A stretch of DNA of 64,000 bases from Spirochaetia bacterium (GTDB taxonomy: Bacteria; Spirochaetota; Spirochaetia; DSM-2461): the NCBI GenBank assembly GCA_963666985.2, contig CAXXIA010000001.1, positions 800,001 through 864,000 on the forward strand, written 5' to 3'. Position numbers and translations under genes: made by a program. Below the pieces are notes generated by a model. The model had not been told where the DNA came from and did no database searches. It worked only from the letters and a program-made list of their open reading frames with translations. Shown here in pieces: positions 47,146 to 57,758 of this stretch; within the stretch, counting starts at the first letter, position 1, and each line of letters begins with the position of its first letter.

Positions 47146-47787
47146 TCAATAGGTCTCGTAATCCATATCTTTAAACTCTTCGCGAACTCGTTCCAGCCTG
47201 GCCAGATGATTTTCAATGATGTCCCTGTAATCCAAATCTCCCGATTCAATCCGGAAAGCCTCGTCTTCCCAGTACTGGATTTCTTCGAGGTTGATCCAGC
47301 GGAAGCGTGATTCCCTGGCAACCTCGGAGTAGGACCGGGCGAGTTCCCAGGATTCCATCGCGAGTTCGTAGTAGTCTTCGGCGATCCTCAGACTGTCGAG
47401 ATTGGCCGATTTCCAGGGATAGTTGTAGAAATACGCGTTGAACTTATCGTACTTGGCCGCCATGGCCAGATATTCGTCGACGATGCGAAGATACATGTGC
47501 ATCACAAAGAGATTCCGGTATTTTTCCCATTCGGTTTTATCCGTTATTTCCGCCAGAGCATTGGCCGGATTCGCGAACGGAGAGCGCAGAGCCATGGAGA
47601 GATACCAGATATTCTCGGCGCTGTCTTCCGGATATCTGTAAAAATGCTGATGGTAGAGCTCGTAGAACTGCTCGGCATACTGAATCTTCCAGGCCGAAAG
47701 CGGCAAGGCGGCTGAAAAAAGAATAAAAATCGCGAGCATGCGCCGAAATACGGTTTTCATCATTTTGAATATCGGCACCGGTGGCAC
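47146..47787 (-). CDS. Exported hypothetical protein
   Basis: Signal peptide ending AALPLSA, aromatic-rich helical body. Confidence 0.75.
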   Translation of the reverse strand: MPPVPIFKMMKTVFRRMLAIFILFSAALPLSAWKIQYAEQFYELYHQHFYRYPEDSAENIWYLSMALRSPFANPANALAEITDKTEWEKYRNLFVMHMYLRIVDEYLAMAAKYDKFNAYFYNYPWKSANLDSLRIAEDYYELAMESWELARSYSEVARESRFRWINLEEIQYWEDEAFRIESGDLDYRDIIENHLARLERVREEFKDMDYETY

Positions 47788-47886
47788 AGGATTTCAGTTC
47801 CTTGAAGCGCATCGTCGGAAGGATTCTTTCGAATTGATGAGGATAACGAAAAATCCGTACCGATATCGGCAATCTGTTGAAGAAAG

Positions 47887-47978
47887 AGTTTTCACAATCG
47901 CCGATATCGCGGCCCTCTTTTCGCTGTTGGAGCGTTACTTAAAAAAGTTTTCACAATCATCGATGCCGCGGCCCTCTT
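47887..47978. repeat. Imperfect 33-bp direct repeat, two copies
   Basis: AGTTTTCACAATCGCCGATATCGCGGCCCTCTT (47887-47919) and AGTTTTCACAATCATCGATGCCGCGGCCCTCTT (47946-47978). Confidence 0.8.
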
Positions 47979-48012
47979 CACGGAATAAGGGCCGTTACCG
48001 AAAGGCGGCGGG

Positions 48013-48636
48013 CTAAAAAAGATCGGAAAGGAAATCGACGGATTGACGGCAGAGCTCATGCGGAGTTTTCGTTGAATCGAGACGAAGAACTTTCATTCCC
48101 GAATCCTCATAAGCTCCGATGGCCTTCTCATAGGCTTCGACAACCCGATACTGAAGAGCCGCTTCATCAAAAATATCCTGACCGTCCCGGCGAGACAGTC
48201 TTTTTTGCGCTTCATCGACCGGAATGCCGGCGAATATCAGATGTCCGGGGAGCGGATAGGGTGCATTGAGATAATCCACCCAATCCCAATCGGAATCGAG
48301 AGTCTGGTAGGCCAAAGAGGAAAACCAATACCGGTCGGTAATATAAACTTGGCCTGCTTTTAAAGCCTCTTGTATTCCGTTTTTTCCGTAAAGATGTTCC
48401 CGCCTGTCGGCGGAGAAAAGAAGCGCCAGGGTTTCGGGGCACAGATTTTCTTTCCCCGAAAGGGCCGTCCTGATGATTTTTCCGATAACCCCGTCTGTCG
48501 GCTCGAATCCGGCTGTAAAAGGAATATTTTTTGACGACAATGCATCTTTCAGTTCTCGTGTTAGGGTTGTCGTCCCGGCCCCGTCGATTCCTTCGACGGC
48601 AACCAGCCCCTTCCAAACGTTCCTATTACGTTTCAT
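48013..48636 (-). CDS. tmk: Thymidylate kinase
   Basis: VEGIDGAGTTT, FEPT, LFSADRREH, DRYWFSSLAYQ. Confidence 0.93.
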   Translation of the reverse strand: MKRNRNVWKGLVAVEGIDGAGTTTLTRELKDALSSKNIPFTAGFEPTDGVIGKIIRTALSGKENLCPETLALLFSADRREHLYGKNGIQEALKAGQVYITDRYWFSSLAYQTLDSDWDWVDYLNAPYPLPGHLIFAGIPVDEAQKRLSRRDGQDIFDEAALQYRVVEAYEKAIGAYEDSGMKVLRLDSTKTPHELCRQSVDFLSDLF

Positions 48637-49147
48637 CCATGTTCCTTCCGAACCCGATCGGTTTCCGTTAAGATATGATCGATGTCGTCATTGCGTCCAC
48701 CCGGAAAGGGCATTCGTCGATTAACAGCGCTTTGTTTTTTTCGTGCTGTTAATCCTAATCCCGCAAGCCGTATCACTCGGAGCAGGGGAACTCTATCTGC
48801 CGGACTTGGTGATTCCCCGACGATCGAAAAAAGATATTCCCCAGCCCTACGTCCAATTGAACATCGATTCGGACTGGATTTACCGGATGCCGCGCACATC
48901 GGCGCATCTATCCTTTGCCCATCAATATCGATTATTCCGGTGTGTACCGGGTTCCGGCTCCTGAAAATCATGACCTGCCGCTGCCTGTTACACTCATTTT
49001 CCCGGAAGCGTTGAATGCTCAATACTTTGATCTGCCGATAATTGTGTACGGGGAGAAAATGCCGATTTCTCTTTTACGGACTATCCCGGCAATCCGGTTG
49101 GAACGGCATTCCCGCGTAAAAAAACATCGTCCGGGCTGGAGATCTTG

Positions 49148-49793
49148 ATGAATGAACTTATTCGGGCGAATTGGCTGATTTTAACGCCCATTATCCTCCT
49201 TTCCGTTATATCCTTGGCCCTTATCATAGAACGGGTTTCGTATTTCCATCGGATTCGAGGGCGGTCGGGAAACGCTTTGTCGGATGCTCTGGGAATGATC
49301 GGCCGATATCCGCCGGAGCAAATCCTCGGACTGTTCTCGGAGGAAGACTCCAGTCCCGCAAAGCAATTGCTTTCGGCGGCTCTTAATTCCAGGATAAAAG
49401 CCGTTCCGTCTCTCTATCGTCAGCGGCTTGGAATCGTTACGAGACCGCCAGCTTGACCGAATGGAAAAGCATTTTCCCATCCTTCTGGGAATCGGAAACA
49501 TTTCAACGCTTCTCGGTCTGTTCGGTACCGTATCGGGAATGATTACCGCCTTTTCCAGAATGACCGAGACCGGGAATTCCGATCCTTATGTCCTGGCCGG
49601 CGGAATTTCACGAGCTCTGGTAACAACCGCGGCCGGTCTCGTGGTGGCCATACCGACAATGGCCGCCCATCATGTTCTGGAAGCCTTGGCGGACAGACAT
49701 GCGGACGAAATGGAAGAAGTCGTTACCGAATGCATCGCCTACAGCGGAGTGTCTTATGCGCGTACGAGAGAACAGAAGACGACGAACGCGTAA
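49148..49793 (+). CDS. exbB: MotA/TolQ/ExbB proton-channel protein with one apparent frameshift near 49430
   Basis: N-half LALIIER and C-half TLLGLFGTVSGMI...LAGGISRALVTTAAGL lie in different frames. Confidence 0.85.
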
Positions 49794-50182
49794 CGGCGGT
49801 CTTATGCTGACCCCGATGATCGATATTATTTTCCTTTTGACCTTGTTCTTTGTTCTTGAACACCAGTTTTCTAGGCAGGAACGGTACATAGACGTTAATC
49901 TTCCGGAATCCGAAACATCGGAAGATATCCAGGCCGAGGGATTGGTTTTAACGCTTCGTTCGGACGGAACGCTGGATTTGGACGGCATGGAAGTTTCATG
50001 GGAAAGCCTGACTGGGGCTCTCGAAGACCGCGTCGCCGAAACGGGTGCCGCCGCCGTAACGATTCGCGGTGATGAAACCATAGAATACGGAACAATCGTA
50101 TCGGCCATGGACAGAATCCGTAAATCGGGCCATGGATGCCGTCTCTTTGCAGACAATCAGGGGAAATGACCCTCATCGCTAA
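49756..50182 (+). CDS. exbD: ExbD/TolR protein with probable frameshift near 50127-50131
   Basis: LTPMIDIIFLLTLFF, VNLP, IRGDETIEYG; the typical SGMDAVSLQT ending lies in another frame. Confidence 0.85.
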
Positions 50183-50900
50183 ACCCCTTCTGCTTTCAGC
50201 GGGCGTCCATGTCGCGATCTTGGCCGCTCTCCTGGCATTCGGGTTCATCCGAATCCCGGAAGAAACAATAACGCATACCGTGCATCTGAAACTTTCCCGC
50301 TCGGCCGCCGCCGGTTTCTCGGGCCCCGCCGAGGCATCCAGGCCGGAAGACGTTGAAAGAGACGGCCGGCGGAATTGGACGGTTCCGCCGGGCAATCGGG
50401 AAGATCGGAACGAATCCTTGCCTCAAAATCATTTTTTCGAACCGGTTCCGAAAATTGTCGAATTAAATACGAATCTCTCCCATCGGGATATCTCGTTTAG
50501 GGAATTGTCGGAACGAATCTCCGAAGCGATTCTCGACCCCCTGGAGGGAATGGAAGGATTTCTTCCGTCCGAAGAGAAGCCCGAAGATGTCGGTTTTGTA
50601 AGAAAGTGGTCTCTTTCCTGGGAAGAAGGCGGTGAACGCGGTATTCTTTCTTCGTTGGAGATTGACGGCGATGTATTTCCGGACACGCCTGAACGTCTTT
50701 CTAATATAACCGTCCGTATTGCCGTTTCTCCGCAGGGAGAAGTTTTGTCGGCGGAAATCGAAGAACAGGGATCCGGAGACATCCGAATCGACAGATATCT
50801 CATCTCATGGGCGCTTAATTTGGTTTTTGAACCGATACCGCCGGAGAGTTCCATACAGAACGGCGAGTTTCGTCTGTATTTTTCGGATGGTGATGCATGA
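50166..50900 (+). CDS. TonB-like energy transducer
   Basis: N-terminal SAGVH TM, C-terminal VSPQGEV...SGDIRID...FEP; follows exbBD. Confidence 0.65.
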   Translation: MTLIAKPLLLSAGVHVAILAALLAFGFIRIPEETITHTVHLKLSRSAAAGFSGPAEASRPEDVERDGRRNWTVPPGNREDRNESLPQNHFFEPVPKIVELNTNLSHRDISFRELSERISEAILDPLEGMEGFLPSEEKPEDVGFVRKWSLSWEEGGERGILSSLEIDGDVFPDTPERLSNITVRIAVSPQGEVLSAEIEEQGSGDIRIDRYLISWALNLVFEPIPPESSIQNGEFRLYFSDGDA

Positions 50901-53900
50901 GGGGCGTCTTGGGGCGAAGAGCCGCTCATCGTCTTCAGATCTCGATTCTTCTCGCCGCCATCGGAATCGGTGCGGCTCTCCTCGGTCCGCTTAAAGCCGA
51001 GGCCGACAGGCGCGCGGATACTCTGAAAAACAAGTTCATCGGCCAGCTGGAAGAGAACCTCAACATCACAATCGGTTATGAGAGCATTTCACCGGCCCTT
51101 CTTTCGGCCGTAACCGTAAGGAATCTTCGGGTTGATTTTGAAGGAGGTTCTTTCGTCGCGGATAAAGTCCGCGTTTTCTACAACCCCTTAAGCGGTAAGG
51201 GAAAACGCAAATTGAATCCGGCCCGGATGATTTCACGCATCAGCGTCGACGAAGGGCGTCTTGATGTGTTTCTCCCCGATTTGGAATTCGCCGAACAGGG
51301 AAAAAAAGACGGGGATTCGTTCGATCCGTGGCCTCTTCTTTTGGACAAAACGGTCATACTGACGAATTTTACCGCTTCCGTTGATATCGGCGGAAGAACC
51401 TCGGCCGTTGCCGAGGACGTTTCACTCTCGCTGAAGGCGAAAGACGATGAAGTACGGTATGTTTTAAAAAGTTCGATTCAAATCGATGACGACGGATTAA
51501 ATGAGAATTTAGGCGTTATCGGAGCGAAAATCGATTCCGACGGAGTCTTTTCTCCCTCGGGCGGAGATATCAACGGGCGCATAGACGTTGGAGAATTCCA
51601 TACCGATGTGGTCAGGATTCTGCCCTTATCCGTAGATTTTACTTACGCGGAGGGAGAGGCAACCATCAGACGAATCGACGATCATTCCCCGATTGATTTG
51701 TCCGCGAAATATTCCGGAGATGTCTGGGAAGTCGCCTGTGAAACCGAAAATCTCAGAATCGACGATATTGTCTTACCCGGGGAAAAAAAAGCGGGATTGG
51801 CTCCGTGGTTTTCTTCCGTTATGAACGGAACATTGAGTCTTTCCGGCAATTCCGACTTCTCAGAACTTCGCTATAGCGCCGATATCACCGTCGATATTCC
51901 CGAAGAGCCTTCGCCTTGGCCTTTGACCGCTTCTTTGAAAATCGACGGAGATAAGAAGACCGTCAGGGTGAACCGTTTTAATGCGGATTCACTGTGGGGA
52001 GAGGCGTCATACAAAGGAACAATCGGGCTGAACGGGATTGCTCCCGAAGGCGCCTTGAACGTGGTTCTGAACGAAGATGTTCTCGGGTATCCTCTTCGGG
52101 CTGAATTCCTTTTGGAAACTCAAGGAAAAACCATCTCGGCACGGCCTCTTGGATTTGAGGCCGCGGGCATGGAATTCCACGATTTCAGCTTTCTCATTGT
52201 TTATGGTGAGGGAACATACGCCTTATCGCTGAATGCCGTTCCCGCGATGCCTGAAGATGATGCCCCCCGGAGAATCCTCATCGATGCTCTGCTTGATGCC
52301 GGAGCAAAACCCGTCGTTCATGGTTTTGCTTCCGTGGAAGGATTCGAAGCCGCGCATATTGCTCGTTTCGCGGGAATATCGGGGGTGGACGGACTTCCCT
52401 TGGTTAAAAACTCAAGATGCGACATCTCCGCCTTTTTTGAAGCGAACGGACAATCCTGGGTTCTTTCGGTTGAAGACGCCCTCATTGTCGATAAAGAAAA
52501 AACGAATAATGTCGTGAGACTCAGCGGGCGGGCTTATCCGGGGAATTGGCGCATCGACAGTCTCAGAATGTCCTGGAACGATTATGTCGTCGATGGGAAA
52601 ATCTCCGCTCAGGGAAACAGCCGTACGGGTCTGTTCGACGGCCGCTTTGTCGTCGAGGAGAGCCTTTTTGCTCTCAATGGGGAATGGCATGAGGACGGCA
52701 GGATCGACATCGATTCGAATTTCGGTTTATCGGCGTCCTTCGGAGAGAAAAAACTCAGAGGCCGATCCGTAAAAATCACAGGAGATGATATATCCGTACC
52801 CCTTAAAGACGGATATCTGGTTGCCGATGTCGATGCAAGAGGACAAATCAATAAGGAAGATTGGCACCTGTATTTGGATTCCTTGGATTTGAAGATGACA
52901 AACAGAGCTTCGATAGGGGATCTTTCATTTTCCGCAAGAGGGACGATCAATCCGGGGAATCTCGTTCTTCCCGTTATCGCTCTTAAAGATGATTTGGGTG
53001 AATTGAAAGGAAACGCCGTTGTCGCGATTGAAGAGTCTGGACGCGAATTAAAAGGAAAGGTTTTTTTAAACGGGGCGGAAGGAGAGCGCTACGATCTGTC
53101 TCTGTTAAGAAGCAATGAAATCTGGGATATCGGTATGGGGATTACTTCCGCCGAATTGGCGCGCTTCCAAAGGGAACGGCTTTCGGGACGAATCGACATT
53201 AATGGCCGAATGTCCGGTTCGCTTGACAATCCTAAGATAACACTGGGCTTCAAATCGAGAGACGGATATCTGGACGGCAAGCAATTCGATGTCGAAGGCA
53301 AAGCGGTTATGGAATCGCGCCGTCTCAGAGTGTATGACATCACATTCAAAAACGAGGGAGTTGTTCTGGAACGCGGATTGGCGATTGCGGATTTGAATGA
53401 AGGGAATTTAAGATCCACGGCGGAAATTAATGCGAATTTCAACCAAGTTCCCGTTTCAACGGGTTTCTCCCTGGCCTTGGATTTTCGCAAAGGTCTCAAT
53501 CCGTCGGATTTTTTTGGAATGGAGGCTTTAAACTATACAGGAACCCTTGCCTCCAGACCCGTAATCTGGGATTCAAAACCTCATCTTCCTCCCTTTACGT
53601 TTCAATTTACAAAAGATGATGAGGCCTTCCGCATCAAGAATCCGAACGGCCGGATACTCGACATCGTTTATTTATTTGATTCCGGACGTCTTGATGTTTT
53701 TTCAGCCGATCCTTTGCCCATTGCCGTTCAAGGCGGAGGTTTCATTTCAGGGGGCCGGATGGATCTTTCCTTCCCTGATTTGGAAATAGATCCGATCCTT
53801 ATTAATTACTTCATGAAGAGAGATCCCATCCTTCGGCAATACTATGTCGTCTTTCAAGGCGGGCGGTTCATCGGGAATCTCAATCTTGACGGTCCGACCG

Positions 53901-55237
53901 GAGACGCGGATCTTTACGGTACGTTAAGGGCTCAAGATCTTATCGTCGATACACCCTACACCTATGCCGATATTTTGCCGGCAAGTTCCGATATTATTTT
54001 CAACGGAAACAAGATTACGTTCGAAAGACTCCAAATCCCCGTCGGCAAGGGAATTGTCTACGGTTACGGATCTGTCAACATCGACAGATGGTCTCTGACG
54101 GATTTCGATATGCATTACGGGGGAATGGCGACTTCAAAAGGAGAAGGCGTTCCCATTTATTATCCTCTTTTCGGACTCTTTATCGACGGAATGTTCACCG
54201 GTGATATTCACATGACCGGCAACGGAAAAAAATATTTTCTGGATGCCGAGTTAACCTTCCCTTATTTAAAGGCGTGGCTGGGCGATACGCCCACGCCCGT
54301 AGACCAGAGGAAACCGGGGAAATTCCCCACACCCGTGTTTCTGGATTTCGATTTGATAACGGGGAACAACTGCACGTTTTATCTGCCGAATGAGCAGTTT
54401 AAAATCGTCCGGGCCACGGCGGAATCGGGGAAAAGACTTTCTTTTATTTACAGTACGGACCCGAAAAATCTTTCGCTTACCGGCGTGCTTCCGATTAAAA
54501 ACGGCGAGATTTTCTACTTCGACCGTGATTTCCAAGTTACGGAAGGCGAAATGAGATTCAACGAAAATCTCATCGAGTTTGATCCCGTACTCTCCTTTCG
54601 CGCCGAAACGAAAGTTCGGGACGATGAGGGTGATGATGTTACCGTCGCTCTTGTTTATAATGCACCCGTCGGAACGGACTTTCAGCCCAGTATTGAAACG
54701 GAGCCGAAAAGATCGGAAACGGAAATCCTCGCCCTGTTCGGACAGGCGGTTGTTCCGTATGCCGAATCGCGCGAAACGGACGCCGGAACGGTTCTTCTCG
54801 CTACCGGGGGGATGTTCGGTCAGGTGGGCATTGTTCAGCCGTTCGAGGATGTTCTCAGAGAGGGGTTAAATCTTGACATGGTATCAATACAAACGGATAT
54901 AATCGAAAACACTTTGGCGGAAGGTCTGACCAGGAGCGGAAGTACGAACAGCTCTTCAACAACTTCCGGCTTGGGACGTTATTTGGACAACACGAGCCTT
55001 TTCGTCGGTAAGTATATCGGCAATTCATTGTTCCTATCGAGTTCGCTTACGGCAAGTTATCTCGAAGGACAGAGACTACGATCCATATTCGGGGAGCTTG
55101 AGTTCGAAACTTCAGTCAGCCTGGAGATGGAAACTCCGTTTTTCAATGTCGCTTGGTCGTATTCCCCCGATTCGACGAAAGACCGGAATTTCATCGACAA
55201 TAACGAAATATCCCTTAAATGGCAATTTGCATATTAG
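50897..55237 (+). CDS. tamB: TamB/AsmA-like translocation and assembly protein
   Basis: 1446 aa, N-terminal anchor, beta-rich, C-terminal GKYIGN..W.F.Y; directly upstream of bamA. Confidence 0.75.
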   Translation: MRGVLGRRAAHRLQISILLAAIGIGAALLGPLKAEADRRADTLKNKFIGQLEENLNITIGYESISPALLSAVTVRNLRVDFEGGSFVADKVRVFYNPLSGKGKRKLNPARMISRISVDEGRLDVFLPDLEFAEQGKKDGDSFDPWPLLLDKTVILTNFTASVDIGGRTSAVAEDVSLSLKAKDDEVRYVLKSSIQIDDDGLNENLGVIGAKIDSDGVFSPSGGDINGRIDVGEFHTDVVRILPLSVDFTYAEGEATIRRIDDHSPIDLSAKYSGDVWEVACETENLRIDDIVLPGEKKAGLAPWFSSVMNGTLSLSGNSDFSELRYSADITVDIPEEPSPWPLTASLKIDGDKKTVRVNRFNADSLWGEASYKGTIGLNGIAPEGALNVVLNEDVLGYPLRAEFLLETQGKTISARPLGFEAAGMEFHDFSFLIVYGEGTYALSLNAVPAMPEDDAPRRILIDALLDAGAKPVVHGFASVEGFEAAHIARFAGISGVDGLPLVKNSRCDISAFFEANGQSWVLSVEDALIVDKEKTNNVVRLSGRAYPGNWRIDSLRMSWNDYVVDGKISAQGNSRTGLFDGRFVVEESLFALNGEWHEDGRIDIDSNFGLSASFGEKKLRGRSVKITGDDISVPLKDGYLVADVDARGQINKEDWHLYLDSLDLKMTNRASIGDLSFSARGTINPGNLVLPVIALKDDLGELKGNAVVAIEESGRELKGKVFLNGAEGERYDLSLLRSNEIWDIGMGITSAELARFQRERLSGRIDINGRMSGSLDNPKITLGFKSRDGYLDGKQFDVEGKAVMESRRLRVYDITFKNEGVVLERGLAIADLNEGNLRSTAEINANFNQVPVSTGFSLALDFRKGLNPSDFFGMEALNYTGTLASRPVIWDSKPHLPPFTFQFTKDDEAFRIKNPNGRILDIVYLFDSGRLDVFSADPLPIAVQGGGFISGGRMDLSFPDLEIDPILINYFMKRDPILRQYYVVFQGGRFIGNLNLDGPTGDADLYGTLRAQDLIVDTPYTYADILPASSDIIFNGNKITFERLQIPVGKGIVYGYGSVNIDRWSLTDFDMHYGGMATSKGEGVPIYYPLFGLFIDGMFTGDIHMTGNGKKYFLDAELTFPYLKAWLGDTPTPVDQRKPGKFPTPVFLDFDLITGNNCTFYLPNEQFKIVRATAESGKRLSFIYSTDPKNLSLTGVLPIKNGEIFYFDRDFQVTEGEMRFNENLIEFDPVLSFRAETKVRDDEGDDVTVALVYNAPVGTDFQPSIETEPKRSETEILALFGQAVVPYAESRETDAGTVLLATGGMFGQVGIVQPFEDVLREGLNLDMVSIQTDIIENTLAEGLTRSGSTNSSSTTSGLGRYLDNTSLFVGKYIGNSLFLSSSLTASYLEGQRLRSIFGELEFETSVSLEMETPFFNVAWSYSPDSTKDRNFIDNNEISLKWQFAY

Positions 55238-55247
55238 AGGAGCTTGA

Positions 55248-57749
55248 ATGCAGCGAATAGTTACGGCACTGCTCCTGATTTCCCTGTTATCCGCAGTCGC
55301 GGCGGCGCAGGACGATCAGTGGTATCTTAACAAACCGATAGCCGATATCCGTTTCGAAGGTCTTTCATCCATATCCGAGAACGAACTGCTCGGCTTGATG
55401 CGTCCTTATATCGCGAAACCGTATACGGACGTCCTCTCATGGGAAATCCAAGGCAAACTCTACGCATTGGATTATTTCGATATCATCATTCCGGACCTTA
55501 TTCCCGTTAATGAAAATTTGGAGCAGGTTATTCTTGTTCTTCATGTTGAGGAAAAACCGGAAATAACCGATGTGCTTTTTACCGGCAATAATAAAATCCG
55601 CCGCGGGGAACTGCTGGATACGGTTCTCGTCAAATCGGGAGATCTTCTGAATCCCGGTTCTTTGCGAATCGACGAACAGGCTATTGTCGATTTTTACTTG
55701 GAAAAGGGCTTTATAGAAGCGACGGCGGTCTCAAGATATGAAGTCAATGATCAGACCAACAAGGCTGTTGTGTATTTCGACGTCGTTGAAGGAATGCAGA
55801 CGAAAATCAGTGAAATCCGTTTCGTGGGAAACGACATTCACGTATCGGACAGCACGCTGCGGAGCCTCATGCAGACGAAAACACAGTCATTGTTCAATAA
55901 AGGTTTGTTTGTCGAAACAAAACTTCAGGAAGATATCAAGGCCATTGAACAATATTACGGAGATCAGGGATTCATTGACGCGGAAGTGGAGGATATCGCC
56001 AAGGATATTGTTTTCGACAAAGAAGAGAATCTCAACAAGATGGTTATCACGATCGTCATTAAAGAAGGAGATTCCTGGACTTTTGGCGGATTAACTTTTG
56101 TCGGAAATTCCATTTACACCAAAGAGGACTTGGACGTTCTTGTTTCTCAAGAATCCGGTGAAACGTTCAGCCGGACGAAGTTCCAAATGGATTATCAAAG
56201 AATAACGGATCAGTATTTCGAAAACGGATATATATTCAACACCTTTACCTATGAGGAAAAAAGAGATCCTGAGAAACGAACGGTTTCCTACCTGGTGTCC
56301 ATTACCGAGCGGGATCGGGCTCATATCGAGAACATCATCATCAGGGGTAACGATAAAACGAAGAGTTATGTTATCCGTCGGGAAATTCCTTTGGAAGAAG
56401 GTGAAGTTTTCAGTAAAACGAAAATCTATAAAGGGATGATGAATCTCTACAACCTTCAATATTTCGACGCGGTTGAACCGAATCCCTATCCCGGAAGCGA
56501 AAACGGACTGATGAATCTTGTCGTCGATGTTTCCGAAGGGAAAACATCGGATATCGGATTCGGACTTTCCTTCAGCGGCGGAACGGATTTCCCGATTTCC
56601 GGACAAATCAGCTGGAACGATCGGAATTTTCTCGGACGCGGGCAGACCTTGGGAGCGGAAATAACGGCATCTCCCGATGTGCAGCAGGTTACTTTGTCGT
56701 TTACCGAACCGCGCCTGTTCGGTAAACGCTGGAGCGGCGGAATCGATTTTACGTGGAGCCGCCGCGACAACGCGACCGCCAATCAGGATAAAGATGGGAA
56801 CGGTATTCCCGATCCGTTTACAACTTGGGCGGAGTACGACGCCGCCGACGGCGATGTGCCGGACGATTCCCTGATGGAATACAAGTCCAACTATTTATCG
56901 TCGGGAGTCAATACAGGATATTCATGGGTAACGAAATACGGGCGCTTTGCACTTTCAACCGGCCTTCGCGTTACCTGGCAGTACGTTAATTACGATGCCG
57001 ATATTTACACGCCTTATAATAAAACGATCCGTTCGAATCTCGACACCTGGAAGTACAGCGACAGTATTTCGCTGAGCACCAGCTGGGATACACGGGATTT
57101 GCAATATGATCCGACTAAAGGATTCCGTCTGGGCGAAACGCTCACCTATACGGGAATCCTGCGGAATTATTCGAGTAAGAATTTCATCAAGTCCGTAACC
57201 AAGGGAAGCTATAATCTCATGCTTTTCGATATTCCCCTGAAGGAAGAAGAGAAAACTTTCCGGTGCGTTATGTCAGTCAGCAGTGCCTTCAACGCGCTTT
57301 TTAATAAGCCCAATTGGACTCAGGACGATGATTATCTTGAAACCGACGGATTCTATATCGACGGCATGTTCGTTGCCAGAGGCTGGCCGTCGGCGGAATC
57401 GGATTATTACAAGTACCTTTGGGACAATACTCTTCAATTCAAATTCCCGCTCTTCCCGAACATCCTTTCCTTTGATGTGTTCCTGGATGCGGTCGGTGCC
57501 TGGACGGCCAACCGAGGGGATACCCATTCGCTTCTGGACATGCATGGCAACGATTGGATGTTCAGTCTCGGAGCCGGACTTCGTTTCGCGAATCAGCAGT
57601 TCCCCATAGGAATCTATCTTGTGAAGCGATTTCAATGGACCGCGGACGGCACCTTCACGTGGTTCCCCGACGATCCCGACAACGAATATTATGAGTTTAA
57701 CAAGTCAGGTATCGATATCGTTATCGCATTCGACATGGATATTTACTAG
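55248..57749 (+). CDS. bamA: Outer-membrane protein assembly factor BamA
   Basis: Signal peptide, POTRA repeats (GNDKTKSYVIRRE), NFLGRGQ, ARGW. Confidence 0.93.
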   Translation: MQRIVTALLLISLLSAVAAAQDDQWYLNKPIADIRFEGLSSISENELLGLMRPYIAKPYTDVLSWEIQGKLYALDYFDIIIPDLIPVNENLEQVILVLHVEEKPEITDVLFTGNNKIRRGELLDTVLVKSGDLLNPGSLRIDEQAIVDFYLEKGFIEATAVSRYEVNDQTNKAVVYFDVVEGMQTKISEIRFVGNDIHVSDSTLRSLMQTKTQSLFNKGLFVETKLQEDIKAIEQYYGDQGFIDAEVEDIAKDIVFDKEENLNKMVITIVIKEGDSWTFGGLTFVGNSIYTKEDLDVLVSQESGETFSRTKFQMDYQRITDQYFENGYIFNTFTYEEKRDPEKRTVSYLVSITERDRAHIENIIIRGNDKTKSYVIRREIPLEEGEVFSKTKIYKGMMNLYNLQYFDAVEPNPYPGSENGLMNLVVDVSEGKTSDIGFGLSFSGGTDFPISGQISWNDRNFLGRGQTLGAEITASPDVQQVTLSFTEPRLFGKRWSGGIDFTWSRRDNATANQDKDGNGIPDPFTTWAEYDAADGDVPDDSLMEYKSNYLSSGVNTGYSWVTKYGRFALSTGLRVTWQYVNYDADIYTPYNKTIRSNLDTWKYSDSISLSTSWDTRDLQYDPTKGFRLGETLTYTGILRNYSSKNFIKSVTKGSYNLMLFDIPLKEEEKTFRCVMSVSSAFNALFNKPNWTQDDDYLETDGFYIDGMFVARGWPSAESDYYKYLWDNTLQFKFPLFPNILSFDVFLDAVGAWTANRGDTHSLLDMHGNDWMFSLGAGLRFANQQFPIGIYLVKRFQWTADGTFTWFPDDPDNEYYEFNKSGIDIVIAFDMDIY

Positions 57750-57758
57750 GAGCCGAAC

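Noticed and set aside
47887..47978. Possible mini-CRISPR array
   Set aside because: Only two imperfect copies, one 26-bp gap, and no cas genes in the window.
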